Shown: positions 1 through 12,240 of the stretch, piece by piece | How positions within the stretch are numbered: the stretch's first letter is position 1 | Layout of the letters: every line of letters starts with the position of its first letter | Origin: Octopus bimaculoides | Lineage: Eukaryota | Assembly (NCBI RefSeq): GCF_001194135.2 | Contig: NC_068999.1 | Span: 30,552,351-30,603,802 of the forward strand | Reading direction: 5' to 3' | Length of the DNA stretch: 51,452 nt | Position numbers and translations under genes: made by a program | Notes under the pieces: model-generated | Told to the model about the DNA's origin: nothing | What the model saw: the letters and a program-made list of their open reading frames with translations, nothing else | The model's database searches: none

Positions 1-31
<31 letters not shown>
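1..31. repeat. (TA)n microsatellite
   Basis: Direct reading. Other (TA)n tracts at about 2332-2359, 22229-22283, 31985-32175, 50655-50717. Confidence 0.98.
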
Positions 32-35
<4 letters not shown>

Positions 36-479
36 ACATGTTGTAAACAAACTTATAAGCACTGACTGAGTTGGTATTCTACAGAAAATAAAGGAATTCT
101 TCAACACAGGATAGCTGTGAAACCAGCTTAGAAAACAGAAAAAAAAGCTTTAGAAAACGAAAAGAGCGGCCAGCAAGCTTCTATAGAGAATTGATACCTG
201 TACCTCTCAAATTCTGGTTAGAATTCTGTACCATGAAGCTAAGAGATCCCTGATAATATATACTGTCCTTTTATAATGCTAAATAATGGCTTTTGGAATA
301 TGAGAATGTAAACAAACTTATAAGCACTAGGTGAATTGGTATTTGACAGAAACTAGAGGAATTCTTGAATGTAGATATTGTGTGTGTATGTGGTAAAAAT
401 TATGAAATAATTTACAAACACTATTTTAATGTTCACCATTCACAACCAACTGAGCATACTAAGATATTAGGGTAATGCA

Positions 480-483
<4 letters not shown>

Positions 484-538
<55 letters not shown>
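484..538. repeat. (GT)n microsatellite
   Basis: Direct reading. Similar (CA/GT)n at 928-962, 34944-34998, 42701-42744. Confidence 0.97.
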
Positions 539-540
<2 letters not shown>

Positions 541-924
541 ATGTATGTAAGATAAGAATAATATAACAAATTAGAGAGACTACTGTAATAAGTTTTCTCC
601 AAAACTGCCAGACCTATATTTAACTATATCTAATGTAAATTTACATTTTGTAGCTATCAGCTCTGTGGAACTTACAAATCTATATAAGATCTTTGGAATC
701 ACTGTCAGACACAGACAGATTCTCAAACTGGGATTTAAGATGGTTAGTATGTGTGTATCACTGTGCACATATGTAGATGCATAAATAAGCACTGGCATAC
801 ATATGCAACAATCATCATTGTTCTTATTCAAATTCCAGAGACGGAGTTTTTGCTAGATATTAGTTCCTTCCTCCTAGAAAGAATTCAAATAAATAAAAAA
901 GCATGGTCATGCATACATGCACGC

Positions 925-971
<47 letters not shown>

Positions 972-1009
972 AGTTACTACTGTTGTAATGTGCAAAATTC
1001 TTTTGCAAA

Positions 1010-1130
1010 GGCAGTGACTTGGCAGATTGGTTAAGGCATCAGATAGAATGGCTCTCTGCATTCTGATTTCAAATAACGTCCAGATAACTGTGCCTTTATC
1101 ATTTTGAAATGAATAATTAAAATACCAGTT
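1010..1130 (+). mobile_element. Highly decayed tRNA-derived SINE (family of 45060-45238)
   Basis: ggcagattggttaaggcatc head, then ttcaaat, gcctttatc and aaaataccagtt, loosely collinear with the better copy at 45060. Confidence 0.35.
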
Positions 1131-2049
1131 CAGAGTTGTGGCATGGCAAAATTGTCAGAGTATTGTATGGGATGTGTTGTAATATCTGATCCAGGTGTTT
1201 GTGTCCTGATAGCAACACCTGCAATGACACAGGTGTCAAAGTGTACTGACTCTTGTTCTTGGCATGGGTAACATCTGTAGAAAGGATGGGAAAGATTCAC
1301 AAGAATGTATAACTACTGGTTTACTGACAATGTTAAGGAGGTCAACAGGAAAACAGTTAAGTAAAACATTGTGTTACTTCTAAAGGACAAGTTGATGCAA
1401 AGAATGAGGCCAGTGAGGGACTGTTGTTGATCAAAGGACATTATTAGTTGTCCTAGTCAGATAGTCATGATAAACTGCTGCGTTCTTTTAGAGAAAGCTG
1501 CTCAGATTGAGGAATATTGAAGAAGTATTAAAGAGAATCTAGCAGAAAAAATAAAACTTAACATCATATATTTCCAAACAATATTTACCTCACCTCTAGA
1601 TTTCCTTCTTTTACCTATTTTCTTTTAGTTTAGAATTTTGAAAGCAAAACTGTCCATTAAATTTGCCAATAAAAGCTAAGATCAATAACTTTGTATACTG
1701 GAATTGTTTTTCCATTATGAAGGGCTATCTTTTCTAGACACATACACATATGTATGTATATGTGTGTGTGTGTGTGTGTGTATTTGTTTTTTAGCAATTC
1801 TTCAGCATTTCATTGAATACAAATCCAATAAGGAAAAATCAGAAATGCCTTAGTTTAATAAAGACAGCATTGAACAGGAAAGGGAAAATTTTAGCTTTTA
1901 GATTAATATAATTCTATAATATTTCCTCATTTTCTGTACAGTTTACTGGTGGTGATAACAGAAAAAGGAGGAAGAAAAATCAAGTTCCTTTCTTAATACC
2001 ATTTACAAGTCAAGAGTATCCTTAAAAATATTATTTTATACATGTGTAA

Positions 2050-2083
2050 AATAATGATGATAATAATAATAATAATAATAATA

Positions 2084-2133
<50 letters not shown>

Positions 2134-2137
2134 AATG

Positions 2138-2176
<39 letters not shown>
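2050..2176. repeat. Compound (AAT)n-(GAT)n-(AAT)n trinucleotide array
   Basis: Direct reading. It generates the spurious poly-I/poly-H/poly-L ORFs. Confidence 0.97.
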
Positions 2177-2331
2177 GGTGCAGGCATGGCTGTGTAGTAA
2201 GAAGCTTGCTTCCCAACCACACAGTTCCAGATTCAGTCCCACTGCGTGACACCTTGGGCAAGTATCTTACCTTGGGGTAACCAAACACTTGTGAGTGGAT
2301 TTGGCAGATGGAAACTGGAAGAAGCTCATCG
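2177..2331 (+). mobile_element. tRNA-derived SINE family A, 5' half
   Basis: Head with A/B-box-like segments (tggctgtgtagtaag; gattcagtccc), then accttgggcaagt and tgtgagtggatttggcagatggaaactg. Collinear with the uninterrupted copy at 17933-18308. Confidence 0.85.
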
Positions 2332-2359
2332 TATATATATATATATATATATATATATA

Positions 2360-3061
2360 GCATACATAAAAATGAACTTCAATCATGCTTGCTTGCTTGC
2401 AATGTTACACACCCAAACTGGAACATAATGGGAAAATATTTTGAAAGTAAAGTACCCCTGAAATGTGAATACAGATGGAATAAAATAAGTTTCACATAAA
2501 TCGGACCTCTGGTTATTGAAATATTCAGGGGTTTTTTGGGGGAGAGGGGTATAAATACCCAAAACGGTGCATAATGAGAAAATACTCAGAAAATAACTTA
2601 ACCCTGAAAGGGAAGAAACTCTAACCTTTCCATTAGACACATTATGATGGGTAAAATATTTTAAAGTGAAAATGACTTTAAAAATACAATAAATATTTCG
2701 TAAAAGATCCATTCGTGACCTTGGTGTGAAATAGTTTTTCCCACTGGTTTCTTTCAAGTGCATTCAATGTATCTCACCTCCAAAGATTTGACTGCTATTT
2801 CTATTACGCCCTGCTACTATGTAACAACTATCTGCAATAAAAAACCAGAAATACCCCTTACGTGGTAGCAGGGCGTGCAAGAAATAGCAGCAAAATCTTT
2901 CCTTTTTCTGGGGAAAGGAGCTGTTTATGTGTGATTTTGATGTCATTCGTTGAACGCATGTGAAATAACCTGGAAAAGGAAAAAAAAAAAGCAAGAAACA
3001 AAACTCTGTTTCTGCAAAACTCAGACTTTCCCAGTGACCCAACAGGTCATGGATAGTCTAG
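2360..3061 (+). mobile_element. Non-autonomous Helitron-like insertion inside the SINE
   Basis: 3' end has hairpin TGACC-caaca-GGTCA (3035-3049) followed by CTAG|T (3058-3062). 5' end catacataaaaatgaa...(gctt)n resembles Helitron starts, but no clean 5' TC. Confidence 0.55.
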
Positions 3062-3092
3062 TATATATATATGTATATATTTGTGTGTGTAT

Positions 3093-3296
3093 GTCTGTGT
3101 TTGTCCCCTCACCATTGCTTGACAACTGATGCTGGTGTGTTTATGTCCCCATAACTTAGCAAAAGAGACTGATAAAATAAGTACTAGGCTTACAAAAAAT
3201 AAGTCTTGGGTCAATTTTTTTAACTAACACCCTTTAAGGCAGTGCTCCAGCATGGCGGTAGTCAAATGACTGAAACAAGTAAAAGTAAAAGAATAA
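3093..3296 (+). mobile_element. tRNA-derived SINE family A, 3' half
   Basis: gtctgtgtttgtcccc...gcttgacaac...aaaagagac...atgactgaaacaagtaaaag matches the 3' half of 17933-18308. Confidence 0.85.
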
Positions 3297-3937
3297 TATA
3301 CAAACATTATTTTTGTCATAAACATTTTAAATCTCAGAAAGGAAGAGAAATGGAAAATAAGTGTAATTTTTACTCTCTTTTATGCTACTTCAAATTTGAA
3401 GAAGTATGTTTTTATTTTTTTAAATGGAATATTCATTTATTCTGAATAATATCATAGAATTTCTTTAGGTGAAAATGCGATATTTTGTTCAGTGATGACT
3501 TCTAATTAACTACAGATTCATTCCTTTCCCCAATGCAATATCAAGTCATATTAGAAAAGTATAGAGAGAATTATGTCTTCAAAGTGAACCTTACTGAAAA
3601 CTGTTGCTGTTTCTATTTCACAACTGAGTTGCTAACATTAGCAAACATAACATTTGTCTTAGAATTTTACCGATTAAATTAAATCAAAATGAACATCATT
3701 CAAAGATGTTAAATTCCATGCCTACTCTTTTTTGGTCTTTAACTCCATTTACCCACTCTCTTGGAAGATTACATATTAAATTTCCAGAATCTATTAGTTC
3801 CAAAGCGAGGTAAAAGGTATTTTTAGGAAGCAAGTGATATGTAAAATCTGATAGTTGACAGTGCATTAATTATGACAGCTTTTCAAGATATGTAGTTGTA
3901 ACACAATCATTCTCCATACCATTCCAACTAAATATTT

Positions 3938-4250
3938 CATATCATCATCATCATCATCGTCATTTTCACACCTGCCTTCTATGCTGGCATGGGTTGGATG
4001 GCTCATGGTAGTCTGAGTCATTTGTTATTAATAGTGATTGTTCTCATAGACCAGTGTTTATACATGATAGTTTGGCTTGCTTCTATAGCTGGATGCCTTT
4101 CTAACTGCCAACCACTATACAGTGTATAATGGGGGAATTTCCTTGTGGCACAAATACTAGGGAATGTCTTGCTCATCAATCTATCTAGAGGAAGTGTGGG
4201 AGGAGGAGGAAGACTTTCCATTGTGACACCAGTACTGGAGGTGGGGCTTA
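3938..4250 (-). mobile_element. RTE-type 3' end / RTE-tailed non-autonomous element
   Basis: (CAT)n tail plus tgctggcatgggttggatgg and gctggatgcctttctaactgccaacc, the reverse complement of the RTE 3' UTR at 26530-26700. Confidence 0.75.
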
Positions 4251-6394
4251 GTGTACAATAATTGTAAAAGAGTGCTCAATGCCTAAGATGTGTGAACTAA
4301 ACAGTGAAATAGGAGAGGATGATCAATGACAGTAGAAAAACTAGAAATGGGTCGGTGAGAGGAGCAAGAAAATTTGTGGGAAGAGAACTCAATAAACTAA
4401 GGTGTGTACATTTTCTCATATGACCAAGGAAGAAAATGGGAGTGTAAACGATAACAACAGAAATACCAGAATGGATGAATGAATGACGCAAGGGTATGAT
4501 AGAGAAGGCATGGTTATTTGGGGTAAAGTTAAGACAAGGAGGAATAGAAGAAAGGAGAGTAGAGAAGCATAAGTAGGTACTTTTTAGAGTGAACAGAGAG
4601 ATTGTGTGGGCAAGCTGTGAATATATGTATGCATGTGTACATGTGTGTAGCATGCATGAGTGATGAGGTGTGTGTGTGTGCATGGATTCCTATTAATGAT
4701 ATACAAGGATTAATGAGGTGTGAGTGTGTGTTGTGTGCATGTATGTGTGTGTGTGTGTATGCATGTTTAAATGAGCTTATGTTCTTGAGGTGATCTGCAA
4801 TCTAGTGTGGAAAAGTGGGTGTTAGAAGATGTGTGTGTGAGTGTGTGCATGTGGTCGTGAGATTTAAGCTTGTGGGTATGAGAGTGTATAGCTTTCTGTG
4901 GTATATGTGTGAGCAGGCATTAACATTGCATCACTAATTTCATTAATGACTGTTAAAGATAAAATAAACATTGTGATATATTTAAATGTAGGGTCTCTGC
5001 ATGCCGAGGTGGTTTATGAAGAGAGTGTAATTATTGTAATACGAGTAAATAACATTGATTTGCTGGGTGTTATAAAACCTTTGAATGGATGAAAAGCAGG
5101 CATATTGTTGAATGCTTTCTGTAACGGAAGTTGCACAGATACAGGAATTAACTGGAGTATAAATTCACATCTGGGACAGGATAACGTATACTGCTCAGAA
5201 TTGAGATGACTTTGTATATATAAATGACACTAAAATATCACTATTTTCTCCAAGACCAGGCCCTCTCCTTCTAATTAAATCATTGTTATTCTGCATAATT
5301 GCATACAAAAGCATTCAAATTCAAAAGAAAACAAAAAGGTTTATTTCAAATTATAAAAAACATACTAATCATCTGAATGGTACCTCTCCCATCAGGTCCC
5401 CATACAAAGTCTCTCAATCCAAATCTCACCCGGAAGCTTATTCTTTTCCTCTTTGAAGAAGTGGTACTGAAACTGATACATAAAACACAGTTTCCATGCT
5501 TTCCCACTGGAAGTTTAATTCACTTTAAATGAAGTTGCAAACTTGATATCAGGCCTGGAGATATTGTCTTGATGTTGTAGCATTTGAAGATCATGTTTTT
5601 TGATTCTGGAATAGCACTAAACTCTACTTCAAGAACTTCAGCCAATAAATTTTGGCTCCTTCCTTGATTTCTGATAAACAATGGAATATAACATTTTGAG
5701 TCATATGGCCCAGAATGTTCATGAACATCTTTGTCCATTTCCATGTTTTCCTTTCATTAAGGAATGCACAGTGACATATGTTACTTGGGTCAAATCCATT
5801 CAAATGATGGTTAACTCTTTAACATTTTCTGGCTCTTGTTTCTCTCAACCTCATTTTGCAGTGCCTGCTTTCAATTTTGTAGAACTTGTTGATGGCAACA
5901 AAGTCCTATGTTTCTTATTTTCATAACCAACAGTAAGTAATGGATGAGATCAAGGTACTACATCACTATTCTGAGGCGAGTTTTGTTTCATATTTTGTAG
6001 GAGTCTTTTTCTATTGGGTTCACATATCCTAGCTGACTGTACAATTCACAAAGGAAAACTGGAGATGTGTAAAAATTATTAACACAGAGGAGATGACATT
6101 TGCATAAAATTGGAGACAGAAATTCTATAACAACACTTTGTGTCATTCCCTGTTGAACTTGATTTGCAGAGCATCCACAGCTTCACTTCAAATTTAGAGT
6201 GATGATTGTTTGGTATACACTGAATATCTAACATCTTCCTTGGAACCTAGCTTGACTTTCATCCATAAGTTTCTGTAGAAATCTCTTTCTTTGTACTATG
6301 CAACAGTCATGAGCAATGTCAGGTCCACAGGACTTTCTCAATGACATATCTAAAAAAAAATCTACCTTGAAATCTTTTGTAGTGCAGCCAGCCT

Positions 6395-6830
6395 GATGAT
6401 GAGTCATGTCTTATGTAGCTTCGTCATTATAATCATCATCATCCTCATCACCACCATCATCATCCTCATCATTTATCGTCTGTTTTCCATACTGGCATGG
6501 ATTGGATGGTTTGACAGGAGCTGACAAGCTAGAGAGCTGAACCAGACTCCAGTTGTCTGTTTTGGTGTGGTTTCTATGGCTGGATGTCCTTCCTAATGCC
6601 AACTACTTTACAAAGTGTACCAGGTGCATCTTACATGGCACAAGCATAGGTGCTTTGTACATGACACTAACACCAGTGGGGTTACCAAGTAACTTGAAAG
6701 ACCTCTTAGCTGAGTGAGGGAGTGAAACTGAAGGAAGTGGCTGTGTTCCAGGTGACAGGCTAGAGTATGATAGAGGGACAGAGATAGTTGTTTTACTACA
6801 GAGTGGATACTTGGCTACTCCAGTAGGAGA
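6395..6830 (-). mobile_element. RTE-tailed non-autonomous element inserted in the piggyBac relic
   Basis: Degenerate (CAT)n tail plus ttttccatactggcatggattggatgg and gctggatgtccttcctaatgccaac, homologous to the RTE 3' UTR. Confidence 0.75.
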
Positions 6831-6851
6831 AGGAAGGTGGGAGAGAATTAG

Positions 6852-6854
<3 letters not shown>

Positions 6855-6934
<80 letters not shown>
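6855..6934. repeat. (GA)n microsatellite
   Basis: Direct reading. Also (GGAT)n(GA)n at 11320-11464 and (GT)n(GA)n at 47401-47462. Confidence 0.97.
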
Positions 6935-6938
<4 letters not shown>

Positions 6939-7289
6939 TGGTGTTGGAGATGTACTAGGGTCTACACACAGTAAACAGTGTGTAGGCCATACAGAAGGGA
7001 TAAAAGGGGAATGTTCCATAACAGTGTGAGGGGGATATGTTTTTAAAGATGAGGGGAAAACATGACTAGCAAGTAATGGTAAGGGAATTTGAAGAGGCTG
7101 GAAGTGGAATAAGGAAGAATGAGAGGGTATAGAGAGTGTATGTGGATAGGTACAGGAGAGGAGGCTGCAGCAGGTGTTCAGAAGATGGGGTTGTTTTGAC
7201 AGAGGTTAGATAATGTTTGTGCAGGGGATTGGGGGCATGACCTTGAAGGACATGCATGTATGTGTGCTTGACCACAATATCATATATCT

Positions 7290-7435
7290 GCACGTTCTCA
7301 AATACAGCAAGTTGCCAGAAGTCTTGATCACCTGTCATCTCTTCTGTGAGGCTCAACCTCTGAAGATCATTTCTCTCCACTTTGTCTCATGTCTTCCTGG
7401 GTCTACCCCTTCTACAATTTCTCTCCATAATTAGA
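7290..7435 (-). mobile_element. RTE LINE ORF C-terminal fragment
   Basis: CRRGRPRKT*DKVERNDLQRLSLTEEMTGDQDFWQLAVFE parallels CGRSRPRKTWDEVVKHDLRTEAITGDQDLWRYAMIE at 26080-26200. Confidence 0.85.
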
Positions 7436-7639
7436 GATCGTTCATAAAGATTACCTATGCCTTTTATACACCCATGACTTGTCCCATTGTAATGAGACAA
7501 ATCACAGGTTGTATGTAATTAGATAGTNNNNNNNNNNNNNNNNNNNNNNNNNNNNNNNNNNNNNNNNNNNNNNNNNNNNNNNNNNNNNNNNNNNNNNNNN
7601 NNNNNNNNNNNNNNNNNNNNNNNNNNNNNNNNNNNNNNN

Positions 7640-7673
<34 letters not shown>

Positions 7674-10336
7674 ACTGTATATATTTAACCTCTGAATATC
7701 CATTAAATTCATTAATTTTAGCAAAATGAATGTCCAGCATCAATAAAAGTAGCACAAATCTGTCCTAATTGACAACTGAAGTAGAATATGGTGTATCCAG
7801 TAAGGGGTTTGCTTTGTCCCAGTAATCAGTCAAACATCATCTTTTAGTTTGTTCCATGGTGGATGAGCAATCCTAGAAATATCTTCAACTCATTTTTGCT
7901 GGTTCTATTTCTCAAGCTCCAAACTAGGATCTTTTTTGCAGAGGTATCTGTTTCTGTGATTTCATTATACTGTAACTGTTAGTCTTTACTACAATTGCTT
8001 GCATGTTGTCTAGCATATACACAATCAAAAAAGAAATCTACTGTTTTGAAGTTAGACTTCAAACTGAGGTCATTTGACAATCCTGCTTGTTCCAAAAATT
8101 GGAAATTATTTGTTAGGTTGTAGCTAATTCAAGATTATTCACAGTGAACCAAGTTAAAGTGTTATGCTACAGGTTGTCATCACCTGAGTCTGAAAATTTA
8201 TTATCTTCTTATTCCGAATCCTTGTGATTTGAGGAAAACATTTCAGTCATCAAACTCTCCAGAACTAGTATTGGACATTCTTGAAAACAAATGAAATTAT
8301 AAAATTTATCGAAAATAAAGGAGTAAGTAGTGATATTGTAGTAAAAAAATTATGTTGTCAAGAAAGGTATGTCAATTTTGCACTGTGATAAAGAAACAAA
8401 ACAACAGAAAGGTGGAATAATATCTATTTAGCAAAATGTTTATAATGAAGTCTTCTATTCTTGGAGAAAAACCATGAAAGAAGTAGGTCTACCTAATTGG
8501 AAGTTATGTGCAACTGAAAATTGAGGTTATTTATAAAGCCACAACTGTGGCTTAATGCAATCTTACAGGAAACTATAATTGTTGCTTTTAGCAAAATACC
8601 AGTCAAACAAATAATAATAAATATATCATTAATAAATACTATAACTGAATTCTAACTCCTCACTTGAAGCATTATCCGCTATTATGCTGGAAAACCAAAA
8701 GAAGAAAACTTGATAAAATGCATAAAATAAACATCATGGAGCATATAGAAAATCTTTTGACAGACTGTTCTCTTTAAAATATGTCCAAAGTTTGTTTCTT
8801 ATACAGAAGAGTGCTTGGTTCTAGTTTTCCACCACAGAAAAAAAGCAAAAACAACAACAACAACAACAACAACAAAAAGCAAAACAAAGTAGTCCAAAAT
8901 TCCTATCTGAATGGCAGTTATGCGTGACTTAGGATTTGGCAAATGCTGCAGATACTTGCATTATAGGATTTTAAGAGTTAATAAGGAAAATTCTAATAAC
9001 GAAGTTGTTAACAACTACTGCATGAGAGACAGAATAATAATAATATGTCTTAATATTCATTTGCCATAAATATTCTATAGTGATAAGGTCACATAATCCT
9101 ACCATAAATTCCTCACAAAACATTGTAAAATAGGTGAGTTTCTCTTTATTATGAAATTTGTTCCATAGATGTTAATGATTTACATAACTGATGTTAAGAA
9201 ACTGTTTGCCAGAGAAAACCCCACAAAGGTTTTAGTCATAATTCATAAGTAACGAACCAAAATGAAGAACTGCAAGCAACATATAAATATTGATACAGAT
9301 GTATATGAGAAGATATATAAAGTGAAAGAATTAAAAGAGATCTCAATGCAAATATATATATGTTAGAAAACTCAGTGCAGCTGTATATGGTTCACCCTTC
9401 TCATCTGGAATTTGTTAAATGAATATATTTAAAAAAAAGGAAATTTTCCAGGCCTATAGCAGACAAAACAGCCATTACTAACATATTCACCTCCAATGAT
9501 TTTTTTTTCTTTCAAATTATGCCAGTCTCTCTGGAAAATGTCATTGCAATAAAAAATATTCTACCCTTTCCAGAAGGGAAAGGGTAGAATATTCCTCAGA
9601 GGTGTATTTTTTTTTCAACATAACTGTCATCTGCAGCATCAAAACTTGAGGAAACAAAGTTGAGGCAGGTCAAATATCCACTCCTCCACCTACAACAGTT
9701 TCTTTTCTACATTAAATTGCAATATAAGCTTAACCTACATAATTTGTCACCTTCTTATACAACACCTTATCCATAACCTGCTGACTTGCAGTCAGTGTTC
9801 AGTTCATGGGCATGCATATTTAACTTGATCAGCGCAACTAACACTGCGTACCATTTTCTTCTGGCATCTTGTTAAGAACCACAAACTATGTTTTTTGTGC
9901 TATTCCCTCCAGTCATTTTAACCTCTCAATATAGTCTCACTCTGGTCACAGTGTATAAAGAGTTTACTTGTCTCAGTGCATCCAGCATATCTTTTGTCAT
10001 GTTTGCTTTACCAACAGCAATTATTCATGGCTAAAGCAACAGACACATGGCCTCTGCCTTTTCTCCAAGTACCTACCATGGATTGTATAATCCATGGTAC
10101 AACAGAAGTCATCCAATTGTACCATGAATTGAGAGTAGCAGATTTTCTCCTCAGCTCCATTCAATGAAAACTGATTGATTAACACTGTTAATCATCTTCA
10201 TATTGATGAACTTGAATATGCACTCACTTGTATATGTAATTGGGTACTGCACCATATTCAGACACACTTGCATCTTAATGCAATTTGGTACTGAATCATA
10301 TTCAGACATACTTGACTCACAATCTGGTTACTACTG

Positions 10337-10381
<45 letters not shown>

Positions 10382-11342
10382 TGCACACACCTATCCATTG
10401 CATATTCACATATACAACAGTTCATATTTTCACCAGGTGGTCATAAGACATATTTCTGGCCTTACACCACATTTACTTTTTGATGTGCATCTTTTCATGT
10501 ACACATTGAAAACTTTATTAGTGTTCTCATATTCATTAGTTTATTACTGTTTCTCTGAAGAACATGTAACATTAATAGTACAATCTACCACACTTAAGTC
10601 CTCATTTTGCTTGTGGTTACATAACTAACTGGTGATCCTATGAGAGAGTGTTGTACATGTCAGGCCAATATAACTTGTGTGAAAACAAAACCTAGTTTCC
10701 TGCACATATTCACCAAGTAAAGATTGAAAGTTCCACCAAAATCTGAGTATGGTGCTTAAATAATGAACAAATAGATAAAAGGAACTAGAAGAGATCTCTT
10801 CTAAACTTTCAATCCTAATGTGAATCATTGATGAGATACAGAACCATACTGAAAAAGTCAATGTGGAAGTAGGTTGAATTCAACAAGTGGAAGTTAGTTA
10901 AACTTTTAAAATGCCAAGTAAAACCATAGAGATTGTAATGCAACAAAATCTAGACAAATATCAGAACCAAAACAATGATATAATGACATCAGTATGCAAT
11001 GACATATTCAACCAGTTATGGTTTAAATCATATTTGCAACCAAAACCTTGTAATCTGTAAACTTGCTGTTGGAACATGTTGAAAAGTAATGGCAAAGCTA
11101 AAATATATGAAAAGTGGGTAAGCGCAACTCTGATTGTCATTCATAGAAAATTACAAATTAAACCTAGTCCTAATGAAGCTAACAACAAGAATGCCCCTAG
11201 ACAAGTTCAAAATGGAAATTAAACTATTATGATTAAGAGTGAACTCTAATGAACAAAAATTCAAACCAGCCAACAGAAAAAAGTGGAAGTGAAACTCTTT
11301 TAAAAAAGTCAGAGACTCATTGGATGGATGGATGGATGGATG

Positions 11343-11396
<54 letters not shown>

Positions 11397-11410
11397 GAGA
11401 NNNNNNNNNN

Positions 11411-11469
<59 letters not shown>

Positions 11470-11719
11470 TGGGGTGATATTTGTATATTAGGATTACAGA
11501 ACATAATTAAAGTATGTATTCGACCAGGTGCCATCGAATAGCTTATATCCAAAGACCAGTATGTTCGAATTTATATAGACAAGTGAGAACTCGCATTCTT
11601 CCCCAATCACCCACGTGCTACGAATAATCCTGCAGAAACTACAGAGATTACTGAAGATGGAAATAAGTCAGTAAAAATGATATTTTACATCTCTTTAATC
11701 CAGAAATGCATATATAGTT

Positions 11720-11980
11720 GATCAAAGCCGGGTGGATTCCTTATTTTTTTCTCTTTGCCTGCATGAGTTGGGAATATTGATGTCTGGGAGATATCTTATG
11801 GTAGTGGAATAGTATTTAACTGCTATTTCTAAATTTCGGTATGTGGTGAAGCAATTTTGCTGAACCCTAATTATAATTATGCTTATAATTATAAAAATTT
11901 TTGTATAAGTTTACCGATAATGGTTCTTTTTACATACTGAACTACTTGGTAAAATTATTAATTATTAATTTTACCCTATA
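11720..11980. repeat. Interspersed repeat ending in an AT-rich hairpin next to (TA)n (copy 1)
   Basis: Aligns by eye to 46590-46832 (gctatttcta..tttcggt.tgtggtgaagcaatt.ttgctgaaccctaa; tttaccgataatgg; ggtaaaatta..aattattaattttaccctata). Confidence 0.85.
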
Positions 11981-12240
11981 TTATTATTGATTATATAAAC
12001 ACATATATATATATATATATAGGTTATGAGAGGTAATGGTGTCAAGAAGACCCAAAGGTGTCAGGTAATGCTGAGTAAGTGCTATGGACAGACTATAGTT
12101 AAGTTCCAGGTTCGGTGATTATGAGAATGAGGAGTCCAACAAAGGTCATATATCAGCCTGCGTATATATAAAAAAAATTTTAACAGAACGAGATAAAAAT
12201 CCAAGCCTATGAAAAATTTCAGAACATTTATAAAGAGAAG

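Larger units (their letters stand above)
5365..8278 (-). pseudogene. Decayed piggyBac (DDD) transposase, interrupted at about 6361-7670 by younger insertions
   Basis: Manual minus-strand translation gives ordered piggyBac motifs across frameshifts: ELKIFLGLLIHHG, DRFVLLLLMLDIHF, MDESQARFQGR, CIPNNHHSKFEVKLWMLCKSSSTG, NNFYTSPVFLCEL, RKTWKWTKMF, and a Cys-rich end (CVLC...KRKRISF...LCMGT*WERYH). Confidence 0.85.

Noticed and set aside
2177-2250. tRNA gene candidates at SINE heads (also 39370-39440)
   Set aside because: No full cloverleaf; they continue into SINE bodies.
1993-2363. ORFs with poly-I, poly-H/Y and poly-L/S, and similar [16 protein letters not shown] ORFs elsewhere
   Set aside because: Translations of microsatellites, with no coding signal.
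9081-9138. Strong donor TAG|GTGAGT
   Set aside because: All three frames of the candidate exon contain stops.
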